Positions 1 to 9,847 of a stretch of DNA of 46,773 nucleotides are shown here, in pieces. The DNA comes from an uncultured Nitrosomonadales bacterium. Lineage in GTDB: Bacteria; Pseudomonadota; Gammaproteobacteria; Burkholderiales; Gallionellaceae. Positions within the stretch are counted from its first letter, which is position 1. Every line of letters begins with the position of its first letter. Made by a program: the position numbers and the translations under genes. Under the pieces are notes generated by a model. It was not told the DNA's origin and searched no databases. It saw only the letters and a program-made list of their open reading frames with translations. The DNA is taken from NCBI GenBank assembly GCA_903873725.1, contig CAIQPV010000417.1, positions 1 through 46,773 on the forward strand. Reading direction: 5' to 3'.

Positions 1-95
1 ATATCAAAGTGGAATTGTGGAAAACTTGCCGGTTAAACTGAATTTCCCGAGGCTGTTACAGCCGGGAGACCGAAACCTCATGAGTGATTATATAT

Positions 96-1241
96 TCAAT
101 TTAACCCTGGACGGTTGCTACCTGCCACCATCTTGTACTCGAACAACCTGCACTCAATCGCACCGTTGAACAGCGGGGTGCGGCGCGAAACGGAGAGCCG
201 CATGAATTTTGGCATGCGCAGGTCGGCGGTAAACAAGTAAGCGTTCCAGCCGCCGAATTTCTTCTTCAGCAAGTCGCCCAGTTGCGGATACAGGATTTCC
301 AACTCTGCCAGCTCTCCCATACGTTCCCCGTAGGGCAGGTTTGCCACCAGCACGCCGTGGTCGGCAGGAGCAGAAATTTCCAGTACATTAGCCTGTTTCA
401 GATCCACGGTTTCGCGGATCCCGGCGTTTTCCAGATTCAGGTGCGCAGCCTTGAGTTCGTCGCCATACAGGTCGCTGCCAAAAATCGGCAGTTCTGTCAC
501 CGGAAGTTGTGCGGACTGCGCTTCGGCACGAATATTTTGCCATGCATCGGCATCAAAGTTTTTCAGTTTCTCGAAGGCAAAATTGCGGCCTATGCCGGGG
601 GCGATGTTGAGTGACATCTGTGCAGCCTCGATCAAAAACGTGCCGCTGCCGCACATCGGATCAAGTAGCGGCATACCGGGTTGCCAGCCTGCCAAAAGCA
701 ATATTCCCGCCGCAAGGTTTTCGCGTAGCGGCGCGATGTTGGTGTACTGGCGCACGCCACGTTTGAACAGGGCATCCCCGGAGGTGTCCACATACAGCAT
801 CATGTGGTTGTATTCGAGGAAAGCGTGGATACGGATGTCCGGTGCGTGCGTATCCACACTGGGGCGTTCGCCGCAAAGCTTGCGAAACTTGTCGCACACC
901 GCATCCTTGATTCTTAGCGTAACGAAATCCAGGCTTTTCAGCGGACATTTGATCGCAGCCATGTTGACGCGGATAGTGCGCGACACGTCGAACCAATCGC
1001 CCCAAGGTAGCGCAAACGCGGTGTCATAGATATCCTGTTCGCTATGGTATTGGGTGCTCGCCACACGCCACAACACGCGACTGGCAATGCGGCTGTGCAG
1101 GTTGACGCGATAGCTCAGCAGCCACTCGCCGGAAAAATGCACGCCGCCATCCGTGCTGCGCACCTCCGCAGCGCCCAGCATGACGAGCTCACCCGCCAAT
1201 ATTTTTTCGAGGCCGCGCGGGCAGGGGGAGAAGAAATGCAT
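96..1241 (-). CDS. THUMP-domain class I SAM-dependent RNA methyltransferase (RlmL-like, m2G-type)
   Basis: 381-aa ORF. SAM-binding loop DPMCGSGTFLIEAA and catalytic NLPYGERM (N/DPPY-like) motif follow an N-terminal THUMP-like region. Resembles the RlmL half of E. coli RlmKL. Confidence 0.85.
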   Translation of the reverse strand: MHFFSPCPRGLEKILAGELVMLGAAEVRSTDGGVHFSGEWLLSYRVNLHSRIASRVLWRVASTQYHSEQDIYDTAFALPWGDWFDVSRTIRVNMAAIKCPLKSLDFVTLRIKDAVCDKFRKLCGERPSVDTHAPDIRIHAFLEYNHMMLYVDTSGDALFKRGVRQYTNIAPLRENLAAGILLLAGWQPGMPLLDPMCGSGTFLIEAAQMSLNIAPGIGRNFAFEKLKNFDADAWQNIRAEAQSAQLPVTELPIFGSDLYGDELKAAHLNLENAGIRETVDLKQANVLEISAPADHGVLVANLPYGERMGELAELEILYPQLGDLLKKKFGGWNAYLFTADLRMPKFMRLSVSRRTPLFNGAIECRLFEYKMVAGSNRPGLN

Positions 1242-1303
1242 AATGTTATAGTCGAAAACACCTGATTTTACTACAACATCAGTTTAATCTCTTTGGGTTC
1301 AAT

Positions 1304-1325
1304 TCCCCGCAGCTTGCTGCGGGAA
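1304..1325. repeat. Short perfect palindrome CCCGCAGC-TT-GCTGCGGG (REP-like hairpin)
   Basis: Read directly: 1306-1313 cccgcagc is the reverse complement of 1316-1323 gctgcggg. Lies in the intergenic gap between the methyltransferase and the lipoprotein gene. Confidence 0.5.
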
Positions 1326-1428
1326 GATTCATTGAGACGAATTTCTCCGCATTTCGGCCATTCTAAGGTCGGTTTTTGCCTGACCGAATTTCTCGCCATA
1401 GCGGACAAACCTGTTCACCGCCGCTTTA

Positions 1429-1923
1429 TCACAATATTCCTGGCCCAAATATTGGTAGATTCAGGCTCTCCCCACCTTTTTCCGGTGTTATCTCAGTGGT
1501 GGATTGTCGACTTCCTACCAACTCGTGGGTTGCAACATCTTCTATCCAGAATGTCATAATGTTTTCCTTGTGCTCGAACCGCACGAGATAGGAGTGCCCG
1601 GCCTTTAAATCCACTTTGAGATTGACTTCTCCTGCTTCTCCCTTGAATCCATGATAATCGTGACCGACGACAGTCAAAGTTTTCGACCCTGGATCGACAA
1701 TGATTGGGCCCACGGCCATTGCATACCGAGATAGCGGTCTGCCATCCACTCCTCTAATCCCGACAAAGGGCTTCGGTGGCAGCGTGATGGGGCCAGACCA
1801 TTGCCCCCGGATTACAGCGCCTTCGATCGCATAAGTTGCTTTCGTTTGGTCGGTTGCTACGGCGGCACAGCCTCCGATGGCGGCAGCCAACACAACGACT
1901 ATCCATGAAAGAGGTTGCTTCAT
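1429..1923 (-). CDS. Hypothetical lipoprotein
   Basis: Internal ATG at 1923 gives MKQPLSWIVVVLAAAIGGC with a lipobox (IGGC). The 15 codons upstream in the track ORF have no signal features. No recognisable family. Confidence 0.65.
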   Translation of the reverse strand: MKQPLSWIVVVLAAAIGGCAAVATDQTKATYAIEGAVIRGQWSGPITLPPKPFVGIRGVDGRPLSRYAMAVGPIIVDPGSKTLTVVGHDYHGFKGEAGEVNLKVDLKAGHSYLVRFEHKENIMTFWIEDVATHELVGSRQSTTEITPEKGGESLNLPIFGPGIL

Positions 1924-2210
1924 CGGAATTCGCACATCTAGTTCAATTACCTGTCGGACAAAATTCAAGAAAATGTAAAAGTGCCATTAAGGACGAAAGT
2001 TCAATGACGCTTTTCGCCAACCAGCTTGCCGATCGTTTCATCTAGGCCGGTTGTTACCGGTCACGGCGTCTGCTTTTTTGCAGAATATTCTACACCTCGA
2101 CCGGCAGCAGATAGTACATCACTGCATTTCAGTTCGTCATATTTGTAGCTTAAAGCGGAAGTTCAACGCAGGAATACGTGGCAGCGGGGTACACCTGCGC
2201 GGAAGCCTGC

Positions 2211-2621
2211 TTAGAACGGCTTCACGGTAACGAGGATAACCACGGCGGCCAGGATGAGCACAGGAATTTCATTAAACCAGCGATAGAAAACATGGCTGTG
2301 AGTATTCCGGTCGGCAGCGAATTGTTTGACCAGCCTGCCGCAATAATAGTGATAAACGATCAACAGCAACACCAGAGAAAGTTTCGCGTGCAACCAGCCA
2401 CCATCGAAGCCATAGCCCAGCCACAGCCACATCCCGAAACCTAACGCAAGCGCGGCAATAGGCGTTACAAAACGATACAACTTGCTTTCCATCAGTTTCA
2501 GCCGCGCAATTTCGGCTGGTTCCGACGCCATTGCATGATTCACAAAAATACGCGGCAGGTAGAACAAGCCGGCAAACCAGCTCACCACGAAAATAATATG
2601 AAGCGATTTGACCCACAACAT
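2211..2621 (-). CDS. hemJ: Protoporphyrinogen IX oxidase HemJ (UPF0093/CopD-like membrane protein)
   Basis: 136 aa. N-terminus MLWVKSLHIIFVVSWFAGLFYLPRIFV is typical of the HemJ/TIGR00701 family, with 4 predicted TM helices. Confidence 0.85.
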   Translation of the reverse strand: MLWVKSLHIIFVVSWFAGLFYLPRIFVNHAMASEPAEIARLKLMESKLYRFVTPIAALALGFGMWLWLGYGFDGGWLHAKLSLVLLLIVYHYYCGRLVKQFAADRNTHSHVFYRWFNEIPVLILAAVVILVTVKPF

Positions 2622-2678
2622 ACAAAATCCTTTTTGAGACTACTGCTAAACCGAATACTATTCACTGAATAACAATCT

Positions 2679-2746
2679 CGTTCGCCCTGAGCTTGTCGAA
2701 GGGGTCTGGTTGAGTTGCTGGTGGTTCGACAAGCTCACCACGAACG
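2679..2746. repeat. Imperfect 22-bp inverted repeat of the 'FDKLRANG/SLSKH'-type dispersed element
   Basis: Arm 2679-2700 cgttcgccctgagcttgtcgaa versus arm 2725-2746 ttcgacaagctcaccacgaacg. The 13-nt core ttcgacaagctca is exactly complementary. The loop is 24 nt. Located between the nodJ stop and the hemJ start. Confidence 0.6.
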
Positions 2747-2781
2747 GTTTCAGTAACAGTGTTGCTGCCAAACCTCAGGCA

Positions 2782-3567
2782 TTATTGCGATAGCCGCCGC
2801 CGGAATAGCACCAGCGACACATAAAACCCAACTGCGGCATAGGCCAGTAACACCGCAACATGTTCCAATGCGGCGGGTGGAATCACGCCATTCATCAGTG
2901 GCCGCGCAATGTCTACCGCATGCGTCAGCGGCAAAATAGCCGATACTGACTGCCACAGCGGCGGTAGTTGCGTAGCCGGAAAAAACACTCCGCATAATAA
3001 CATCATGGGGGTGACTACCAGCGTGAAGTAGTACATGAAAAAGTCGTAGCTCGGCGCCAGCGCGGTCATGATTAAACCGATCGCAGCAAAGCAAAGCCCC
3101 ACCAGCAACGCCAGCGGAATCAACCACAGCGCCAGCGCGGAATGTGTCAGCCCCAACAGCCATGCCACCGCAAGCACCGCAGTGCCGGACATCAGGCTTT
3201 TGTTCGCCGCCCACAATACTTCTGCGAGCACCACATCGTCGAGCGTGACCGGCGTGTTCATGATAGCCTCCCAGGTGAGTTGTTCGTGCATACGCGAGAA
3301 GCCTGAATAAAGTGCCTCGAAGCTGGCGCTGTTCATGGTGCTGTAACATACCGTCCCCGCAGCAAGGAACACCATGTAGGAAGTGCCGCCCATTTGTGGC
3401 AGCAGGCTGCCGAGGCCGTAACCCAGACCCAGCAGGTATATCATCGGATCGGCGATGTGGCCGATGATCGAGGTGGCGGCAACTTTACGCCATACCAGCA
3501 TGTGGCGACGCCAGATTGGAAAGAACCTGAAACTCAGGCGCGGCGGAGCGAAGAAGTGCTGCTTCAT
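2782..3567 (-). CDS. nodJ: ABC-2 type transporter permease, NodJ-like
   Basis: 261-aa polytopic membrane protein with ABC-2 permease architecture. Its start overlaps the stop of the NodI-like ATPase by 4 nt (ATGA). Confidence 0.85.
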   Translation of the reverse strand: MKQHFFAPPRLSFRFFPIWRRHMLVWRKVAATSIIGHIADPMIYLLGLGYGLGSLLPQMGGTSYMVFLAAGTVCYSTMNSASFEALYSGFSRMHEQLTWEAIMNTPVTLDDVVLAEVLWAANKSLMSGTAVLAVAWLLGLTHSALALWLIPLALLVGLCFAAIGLIMTALAPSYDFFMYYFTLVVTPMMLLCGVFFPATQLPPLWQSVSAILPLTHAVDIARPLMNGVIPPAALEHVAVLLAYAAVGFYVSLVLFRRRLSQ

Positions 3568-4477
3568 TCGCGCATCTCCCTGCCGGTCAATTTGAGAAAC
3601 ACATCCTCCAGATTCGCCGGGCGATACAAATAGCGCAACTCGGCATGTCCTTGCAGGTGAGCCAGCAACGGCTGCGCATTGCCGACATAACAGAACGCAG
3701 TCTCCCCGCTCACTTCAAAGCGCTTCGAGTATTGTCCGGCGTATTCATCCGCCCATTTTGTCACGCCTTCACCGAACACTTCCACTACTTGAGGCTCGAT
3801 ATGCTTTGCGATCAGCGCGCGCGGTGTGTCCTCCGCCACCATGCGCCCGTGATCCAGGATGGCAAGGCGGTGGCACAGCCGTTCGGCCTCGTCCATGAAA
3901 TGCGTGGTGAGCAACAAAGTTTTGCCCTGCGCAGTCAACTCGCGCAGCCGCTGCCAGATCAGGTGGCGCGCCGCGGATCGAGTCCCGTGGTGGGCTCATC
4001 GAGAAAGATGATATCCGGGTCGTTCACCAAAGCACGCGCCAGCGTCAAACGGCGTTTCATACCGCCAGACAGTGTGGGAATCTTTACGTCGCGCTTGTGT
4101 GTGAGGTTGGCGAATTCCAGCAACATGGGAATGCGCGCTTCAATCTCGCTATCCTTCATGCCGAAGTAGCGCCCATATACCAGCAGGTTTTCCGCCACGG
4201 TGAAATCCGGGTCGAGGTTATCCACCTGCGGCACGACTCCCACGCGCATTCGTGCTTCGCGGGCATGCTGCGGCACGGTATGGCCGAGCAGGCTGAGGCT
4301 GCCGCTTTCAGGTTCGATGAGGCCGAGCATCAAACGCAGCGTAGTGGTCTTGCCCGCTCCGTTTGGGCCGAGCAGGCCATAACATTCTCCATTGTTAATG
4401 CTGATGCTGATGCCATCGACTACTTCTTGCCCGGCATAGGATTTGTGCAGGTTCTGTGCGGACAGAACAACGCTCAT
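3564..4477 (-). pseudogene. nodI: NodI-like ABC transporter ATP-binding protein, reading frame interrupted (1-nt indel)
   Basis: ORF 3959-4477 carries Walker [10 protein letters not shown], signature LSGGMKRRL and Walker [14 protein letters not shown], then ends ...RRAT*. ORF 3564-3938, in another frame, continues [32 protein letters not shown] (D-loop/H-loop). The two halves join if one nt is added in the GC run at about 3966-3976. Confidence 0.8.
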
Positions 4478-5088
4478 AGCGGCTGTCCGTTGAATTCATG
4501 CAACACGATCTGTTTGATCTGGTTCAGGCGTCCGTGGAAAAAATGTTCCGTTCCAGGCAGCACCACGATAGGAAGTTGTTGCGGGCGTGCCCAGTGCAAA
4601 ACGTCGGCAAGCGGCACCACCTCGTCCTGCTCGCCGTGAATCAGCAGGGTATTATGCGGCACCGGCGGCATGGCAAAACGCCCCACAGCAGGCGCAACTA
4701 GCACCAGTTGGTGCGGACGCAATTGCTGTGCCGCGCACGCCTGCACATAGCCACCGAATGAAAAGCCGGACAGGATCAGCGGCAAGTGTCCGTACTCTTG
4801 CCGTGCGTGGCGAACTACCGCCAGCACATCCTCAACCTCGCCTTCGCCTTCATCAAATTCGCCTTCGCTGTCACCCACACCGCGAAAGTTGAAACGCAAT
4901 GAGACGAAGTCAAGCTCCACAAAAGTCTTTGCCAGCGTCGTGACAACCTTGTTCTCCATGGTGCCGCCCATGGTGGGTAAAGGATGCGCCACCACTGCGA
5001 TGGCGCGCGGGGCATTATCAGGAATGTGAGCGATCCCCTGGAGGTTTCCGGCTGTGCCCGTAATGGAAAATTTTTTCAGGTTCGGCAT
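4474..5088 (-). CDS. Alpha/beta hydrolase (COG2945-like)
   Basis: 204 aa. Nucleophile elbow GFSFGG, acid HGEQDEVV and His in GTEHFFHG. The stop overlaps the nodI start (ATGA). Confidence 0.8.
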   Translation of the reverse strand: MPNLKKFSITGTAGNLQGIAHIPDNAPRAIAVVAHPLPTMGGTMENKVVTTLAKTFVELDFVSLRFNFRGVGDSEGEFDEGEGEVEDVLAVVRHARQEYGHLPLILSGFSFGGYVQACAAQQLRPHQLVLVAPAVGRFAMPPVPHNTLLIHGEQDEVVPLADVLHWARPQQLPIVVLPGTEHFFHGRLNQIKQIVLHEFNGQPL

Positions 5089-5195
5089 GTTTGTTGGTGT
5101 ATCTGCAATTCAGTGCCAAGACTCAAAGTGGCTGTTGCATTAATCCTAAAAACCTCAGTTGATGGGTTCGCAGGATTTTCGATAAGCCATTGGAT

Positions 5196-6119
5196 TTAAC
5201 GTCCTGCTTCCCCGTTCTGCGACATCCACATCCGCACGACAGTGAATTGCTTTGGCGTAGGAGGCTCTAAACTGGTAGCAACAACCGGCGCATCAGGGCC
5301 GGATGTTTCATGTCCAACGGGTGCATTAACAGGCGCAGCTTCGGTGAGGGCAGGTTGTCCACTTTCCTTTTTTTCGATGGAAGAGCCCTTGTCCGGTTTG
5401 CTGTCATCATCCTCGTCGTCGTATTTCTGGCGCGGCGGATTACCGTCATACACCATGCTTTGGCGGTGTTGCAGATAGGCATCACGAATGAAAGCATAGC
5501 GGTCAATTGCCGCTTCATCCAGCACGTTTTCCTGCTCCAGCAGGGAAGCACGCTTGCCAGTCAAATTCGTCACGTAAGCTTCGTTCCGTGTGTCAACATT
5601 CTTTACTTTTCTCATCGGATTGGTGAACGTATCCGCATAGAGTCCAACACTGTCCCGCACAGAGCTGGGGCCAAACAGGGGCAACATGAGGTAGGGGCCG
5701 CTGCCTATTCCCCAGTGCCCCAATGTCTGGCCGAAATCGGAGTGGTGTTTTTCCATTCCGACTGCCGAGGCAACGTCAGCCACACCGAAGAGTCCGAAGG
5801 TGGTATTCACAAGTACCCGCCCGGTGTCCGAAACTGCTTGTACCACCTTGAATTGCAGCAGGTCATTGACCGTAACAACAACATCGTTCAGGTTGGCAAA
5901 AAAGTTGCTTAGCATCATCCTTGCCGGCGGAGGCACAACATTGTTGTAGCCCTTTGCCACCGGCTTGACCACAGCTTTGTCCAGCGTGTCGTTAAATTTG
6001 TATACATTGCGGTTGAACGACTCGAACGGGTCTTGCGGGTTGTGACCGGTCGTGGCGCAACCGCCCAGTGCGAGGCTGGCGAGCATCAAACAAAGGTGAA
6101 TTGCAGGTATGCGCATCAT
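5196..6119 (-). CDS. mlaA: MlaA/VacJ family outer-membrane lipoprotein
   Basis: Lipobox LALGGC. DPFESFNRNVYKFNDTLDKAVVKPVAKGY is typical of MlaA. Carries a long acidic/Pro-rich C-terminal tail. Confidence 0.9.
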   Translation of the reverse strand: MMRIPAIHLCLMLASLALGGCATTGHNPQDPFESFNRNVYKFNDTLDKAVVKPVAKGYNNVVPPPARMMLSNFFANLNDVVVTVNDLLQFKVVQAVSDTGRVLVNTTFGLFGVADVASAVGMEKHHSDFGQTLGHWGIGSGPYLMLPLFGPSSVRDSVGLYADTFTNPMRKVKNVDTRNEAYVTNLTGKRASLLEQENVLDEAAIDRYAFIRDAYLQHRQSMVYDGNPPRQKYDDEDDDSKPDKGSSIEKKESGQPALTEAAPVNAPVGHETSGPDAPVVATSLEPPTPKQFTVVRMWMSQNGEAGR

Positions 6120-6206
6120 GGCAGGTTCTTTATTTTTGTCGACGCGATTATAAAGCGGAATAGCCGTTTCTGGAGCATATTGAATCTGCCTGAATTCATT
6201 CCGGGG

Positions 6207-6581
6207 TCAGGATAAACGCCCATGAAAGAAGTAAACGGTCAGGACGATCCCCAACAGGGCGACCATCAGGTTAGTGACTACTCCAGGATTGGTTCGATAA
6301 CCTTCCGGGATTTCAATCGGCTTCAAGGTCTTAAGCACCCTGCGGTACTGTATGGTCGAATATGCGGCAACCCACGCACCCAGCAGGACGAAAGCCAGTC
6401 CCGTCCAGAACGAGATGCCGCGCTGCAAAGGTGCAGTATGTTGGGGCAGGATGATGTAGACAAACAACCCGAATCGCTCAATGACAAAGCCGAACGCCAT
6501 CAGAGAAAGGCTGGTGCGGTTCCAGGCGAGGAGCGTCCGCTCAGCGGCGAAAAAAACTCTGGGGTCGTTGAGATCTGACAT
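6207..6581 (-). CDS. DUF202 (YidH-like) membrane protein
   Basis: 124 aa. FFAAERTLLAWNRTSLSLMAFGFVIERF is the DUF202 signature. 3 TM helices. Confidence 0.8.
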   Translation of the reverse strand: MSDLNDPRVFFAAERTLLAWNRTSLSLMAFGFVIERFGLFVYIILPQHTAPLQRGISFWTGLAFVLLGAWVAAYSTIQYRRVLKTLKPIEIPEGYRTNPGVVTNLMVALLGIVLTVYFFHGRLS

Positions 6582-6586
6582 GGTTT

Positions 6587-8482
6587 CTAAATAAATATTC
6601 CCGCAACTTGCAACGATTGCGAAAATTGGGTTGCGTCCTGATAACCCGTCACTCGAATATCAGCCAGTTCCCTGCCGCGTTTGTCGTAAAATAAAATGGC
6701 GGGCGGACCGAACAGTTGGTAACGTGCAAGCAGCGCCTTATCATCCTCGTTGTTGGCGGTGACATCGGCTTGCAGCAGCAGGGTGTTTTTAAGCACGGCC
6801 TGCACCTTGGCATCGGAAAAAGTGTTGCGTTCCATTTCCTTGCACGACACGCACCAATCGGCATAGAAATCCAGCATCACTGTTTTGCCATTCGCCTGTG
6901 CGATGCGGGCATCCAGCTCGGTAACGTTCTTTATTCTCGCAAATTGCAGGCCTGCAGAAGTCTCCGCTTGAACGCTGCCAAACCCGCCCAGCGGGCGCAG
7001 AATATCGCGCGCGCCGGAAAGTGCGCCGATGAGGTAGGCGATGCCAAGCAGTAAAGCGAAGATGCCTATGCCTTTCCATAATTTGTGCCAGTTGGACGCA
7101 TTGTGTTGCAGCGGATCCAGCGCATGCAGATAAACCGCTGACAGAATCAGCAGTACCGCCCACAGCAGCATTTGCACGCTGACTGAAATCAATGATGAGA
7201 CGAGCCAGATGGCAACGGCCAGCAACAGCACGCCAAAGAGGCGCTTGACAGATTCCATCCATGCCCCGGCTTTGGGGAGTAATGTCCCGGCAGAAGCGCC
7301 GATGAGTAACAGCGGCACACCCATACCCAACGCCATGGAAAACAGCGCGGCGCCTCCAAGAAAAGCGTCGTGCGTCTGTCCGATGTATAGCAAGGCACCC
7401 GCCAGCGGGGCGGCGACACACGGACCGACGATGATGGCTGACAACACACCCATCACGAAGACCCCACCCAGATGCCCACCATGCAGCTTGTTGCTGGTGT
7501 CGGAGAGGCGACTTTGCAGAGCAGAGGGCAGTTGCAGTTCGTAGAAGCCGAACATGGATAAGGACAGCAACACGAATACCCCGGCAAAACTGCCCAGCAC
7601 CCAGGGAGTTTGCAGTGCATTGGACAACAGCGTACCGGTTAACCCCGCTGCCACGCCGACGGCGGCATAGGTCAGCGCCATGCCCGTCACATAGGCCAGC
7701 GACAGAATAAAGCCGTGCATATGGGTGATTTTGTGGCCGCGACCGACGATGATGCCGGACAGGATAGGCACCATGGGAAACATGCAGGGCGTAAAGGCGA
7801 GCAGCAATCCGGCACCGAAGAAGAACGTCACGATCAGCCAGAAGCTGCCCTGCTTGAACAGCCTGGCGATTAGGCTATTGTCATTCGGCGCGCTTGCGTC
7901 GGCAGCGGCAAGCCGTGATTGCGGTTCAGCCCGGATTTGGGGTGTTTCCGGTGGCAGGGGTGTTACTGTGACCGCAGCGTCGGGAGAAAACTTGTTGGCA
8001 GCAGCCGGAGAAGTTGCCGCTATAGCAGGCAGCGTGATATTAATTTGTTTTTTGATCGGCGGATAACACAACCCCTTTTCGCTGCAACCCTGGTAACTTG
8101 CATCCAGTGTAATGCTCCGTGCAGCATTGTTGCCGCGTTCCAGCGTGAGCAGCGCCTGGAAGGGTTGGTGGAACACCTCCATGTCGCCCAGATTGGGGTC
8201 ATGTTTCAATTCCCCTTTTGGCAACGATACATTGTTAATTTTGATGCCCAAATCCGCCGTGCTGAAAGTAACCTTGTCGCGGTATAGATAATAGTCCGGC
8301 GTAACTCTGAAACTGGCAATCAGGGTATGGGCATCACGCACCGAAACAACAAGCCCGAAAGCCTGGTCCGGCTGCAAGAAGGTCGGCTGTTTTGCACCGC
8401 CCAGCAACGGAAGACGATCGAGGAAACCTTCGGCGCGGGAAAGCGGGGCAAGGCATAACATTATTAGCAGCAACAGGCGCAT
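6587..8482 (-). CDS. dsbD: Thiol:disulfide interchange protein DsbD
   Basis: 631 aa. Signal peptide, N-terminal Ig-like domain, central 8-TM domain (FTPCMFP...GPCVAAP) and C-terminal thioredoxin domain (YADWCVSCKEME). Confidence 0.92.
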   Translation of the reverse strand: MRLLLLIMLCLAPLSRAEGFLDRLPLLGGAKQPTFLQPDQAFGLVVSVRDAHTLIASFRVTPDYYLYRDKVTFSTADLGIKINNVSLPKGELKHDPNLGDMEVFHQPFQALLTLERGNNAARSITLDASYQGCSEKGLCYPPIKKQINITLPAIAATSPAAANKFSPDAAVTVTPLPPETPQIRAEPQSRLAAADASAPNDNSLIARLFKQGSFWLIVTFFFGAGLLLAFTPCMFPMVPILSGIIVGRGHKITHMHGFILSLAYVTGMALTYAAVGVAAGLTGTLLSNALQTPWVLGSFAGVFVLLSLSMFGFYELQLPSALQSRLSDTSNKLHGGHLGGVFVMGVLSAIIVGPCVAAPLAGALLYIGQTHDAFLGGAALFSMALGMGVPLLLIGASAGTLLPKAGAWMESVKRLFGVLLLAVAIWLVSSLISVSVQMLLWAVLLILSAVYLHALDPLQHNASNWHKLWKGIGIFALLLGIAYLIGALSGARDILRPLGGFGSVQAETSAGLQFARIKNVTELDARIAQANGKTVMLDFYADWCVSCKEMERNTFSDAKVQAVLKNTLLLQADVTANNEDDKALLARYQLFGPPAILFYDKRGRELADIRVTGYQDATQFSQSLQVAGIFI

Positions 8483-8495
8483 TGTTATTTATTCC

Positions 8496-8837
8496 TCAGA
8501 GATTCTCATTTTCGGGCATTTGGGTTTCCTGCGCCACCCAGTGCAAATAACCGGGAAAGCCGACATCTATAGAGACAGCGATAATTTCAGGAAGTTCATA
8601 CGGGTGGTGCGCACGGATGGTTGCTTCGAGGCGCGTGTAGGCAGCCCGGGTGGTTTTGATCAGCAGCGGTATCTCATTGGCCGTTTCGATTTTTTCCTGC
8701 CAGCGATAAATTGAACTGCATTCAGCAAGAATATTCACGCAGGCGGCAGTGCGGCTTTCAATCAGCACGTTGGCCATTTTCTGTGCGCTGTCACGGTCTG
8801 GCATATTGGTTAGCACTAACAATATTTTTTCGTTCAT
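8496..8837 (-). CDS. cutA: Divalent-cation tolerance protein CutA
   Basis: An internal ATG at 8837 gives a 113-aa protein, MNEKILLVLTNMPDRDSAQKMANVLIESRTAACVNI...YRWQEKIE, typical of CutA. The track ORF's upstream 91 codons overlap holA and look non-coding. Confidence 0.9.
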   Translation of the reverse strand: MNEKILLVLTNMPDRDSAQKMANVLIESRTAACVNILAECSSIYRWQEKIETANEIPLLIKTTRAAYTRLEATIRAHHPYELPEIIAVSIDVGFPGYLHWVAQETQMPENENL

Positions 8838-9847
8838 GCCGCCCCCACCCGTGCGCAACGCACGCCGAGTTGCAGCAGTTCGCTCCACACATCGCCGTTG
8901 TGCAGGCCTTTTATCACTTTGTCTATATGCGCTGCCTGGCGCAGGGCGCGCTCCGCGATGACCGGTTTGAAGCGCCGCACCGCGCGCTCCACCAGCTTCT
9001 GGCGCACTCCCCACACTCGCGCATCGCGCAACGCACTTGCCATGTTGCCCCCGCCCTGCATGGCGCGCGATACTTTGGCAAGCGCACGGATATCCTCGGC
9101 CAGCGCCCACAGGATCAACACCGTGGCCTCGCCTTCTGCGCGCAGGCCGTCGAGGATGCGCGCATAACGCGCGGCGTCGCCGGCGAGCATGGCTTCGGAC
9201 AGCTTGAAAACGTCGTAGCGCGCCACATCCATCACCGCATCTTTCACCTGCTCGAATGAAAGCGCTCCGGCGGGAAAAAGCAAAGCAAGTTTCTGAATTT
9301 CCTGAAAAGCCGCCAGCAAGTTACCTTCCACGCGCTCCGCCAGAAAACGCAGCGTGTCCATATCGGCGGATTGCCCCTGCCGTTGCAAGCGTCCTGCAAT
9401 CCATTCAGGCAGAGCATTCAGCGCAATCCCCTCGGTGGCAATGACCACGCCATGTTCCGCCAGTGCGGTGAACCACTTGCTATTCTGCCCGGTCTTGTCC
9501 AGCTTAGGCAACGTGACTACTGTCACTGTATCGGAATTCAGTTGTCCGCAATAATCCTGTATGGCCTGCGCGCCCTCCACGCCGGGCTTCCCTGTCGGAA
9601 TACGCAGTTCCACCAGCTTGCGCGAGGAAAACAGTGACAAGCTCTGCGCGCTATTGCGCAACTCTGACCACTTGAAACCCTGCTCGACGATCAGCACCTC
9701 GCGTTCGTCATAACCCGCCGCACGTGCCGCCTCACGGATAGTATCCGCTGCCTCGATCGATAACAGCAGCGCCTCGCCGTGAATGACATACAGCGGCGCA
9801 AGCCCCTTGGCAAGATGGCGCGGCAGGTCTTCAACTGAAAGTTTCAT
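8834..9847 (-). CDS. holA: DNA polymerase III subunit delta
   Basis: 337 aa. Conserved leuS-lptE-holA synteny. N-terminus ...LAPLYVIHGEALLL is typical of HolA. 4-nt overlaps with both lptE and cutA. Confidence 0.9.
   Translation of the reverse strand: MKLSVEDLPRHLAKGLAPLYVIHGEALLLSIEAADTIREAARAAGYDEREVLIVEQGFKWSELRNSAQSLSLFSSRKLVELRIPTGKPGVEGAQAIQDYCGQLNSDTVTVVTLPKLDKTGQNSKWFTALAEHGVVIATEGIALNALPEWIAGRLQRQGQSADMDTLRFLAERVEGNLLAAFQEIQKLALLFPAGALSFEQVKDAVMDVARYDVFKLSEAMLAGDAARYARILDGLRAEGEATVLILWALAEDIRALAKVSRAMQGGGNMASALRDARVWGVRQKLVERAVRRFKPVIAERALRQAAHIDKVIKGLHNGDVWSELLQLGVRCARVGAA

Noticed and set aside
1293-1559. 88-aa plus-strand ORF
   Set aside because: It starts within the palindromic element and overlaps the 3' end of the minus-strand lipoprotein gene. 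No RBS or motif.
8838-9110. N-terminal 91 codons of the 204-aa track ORF containing cutA
   Set aside because: This stretch overlaps holA in another frame and is Arg/Gly/Ala-rich nonsense. CutA homologues begin at the internal MNEKILLV (ATG 8837).
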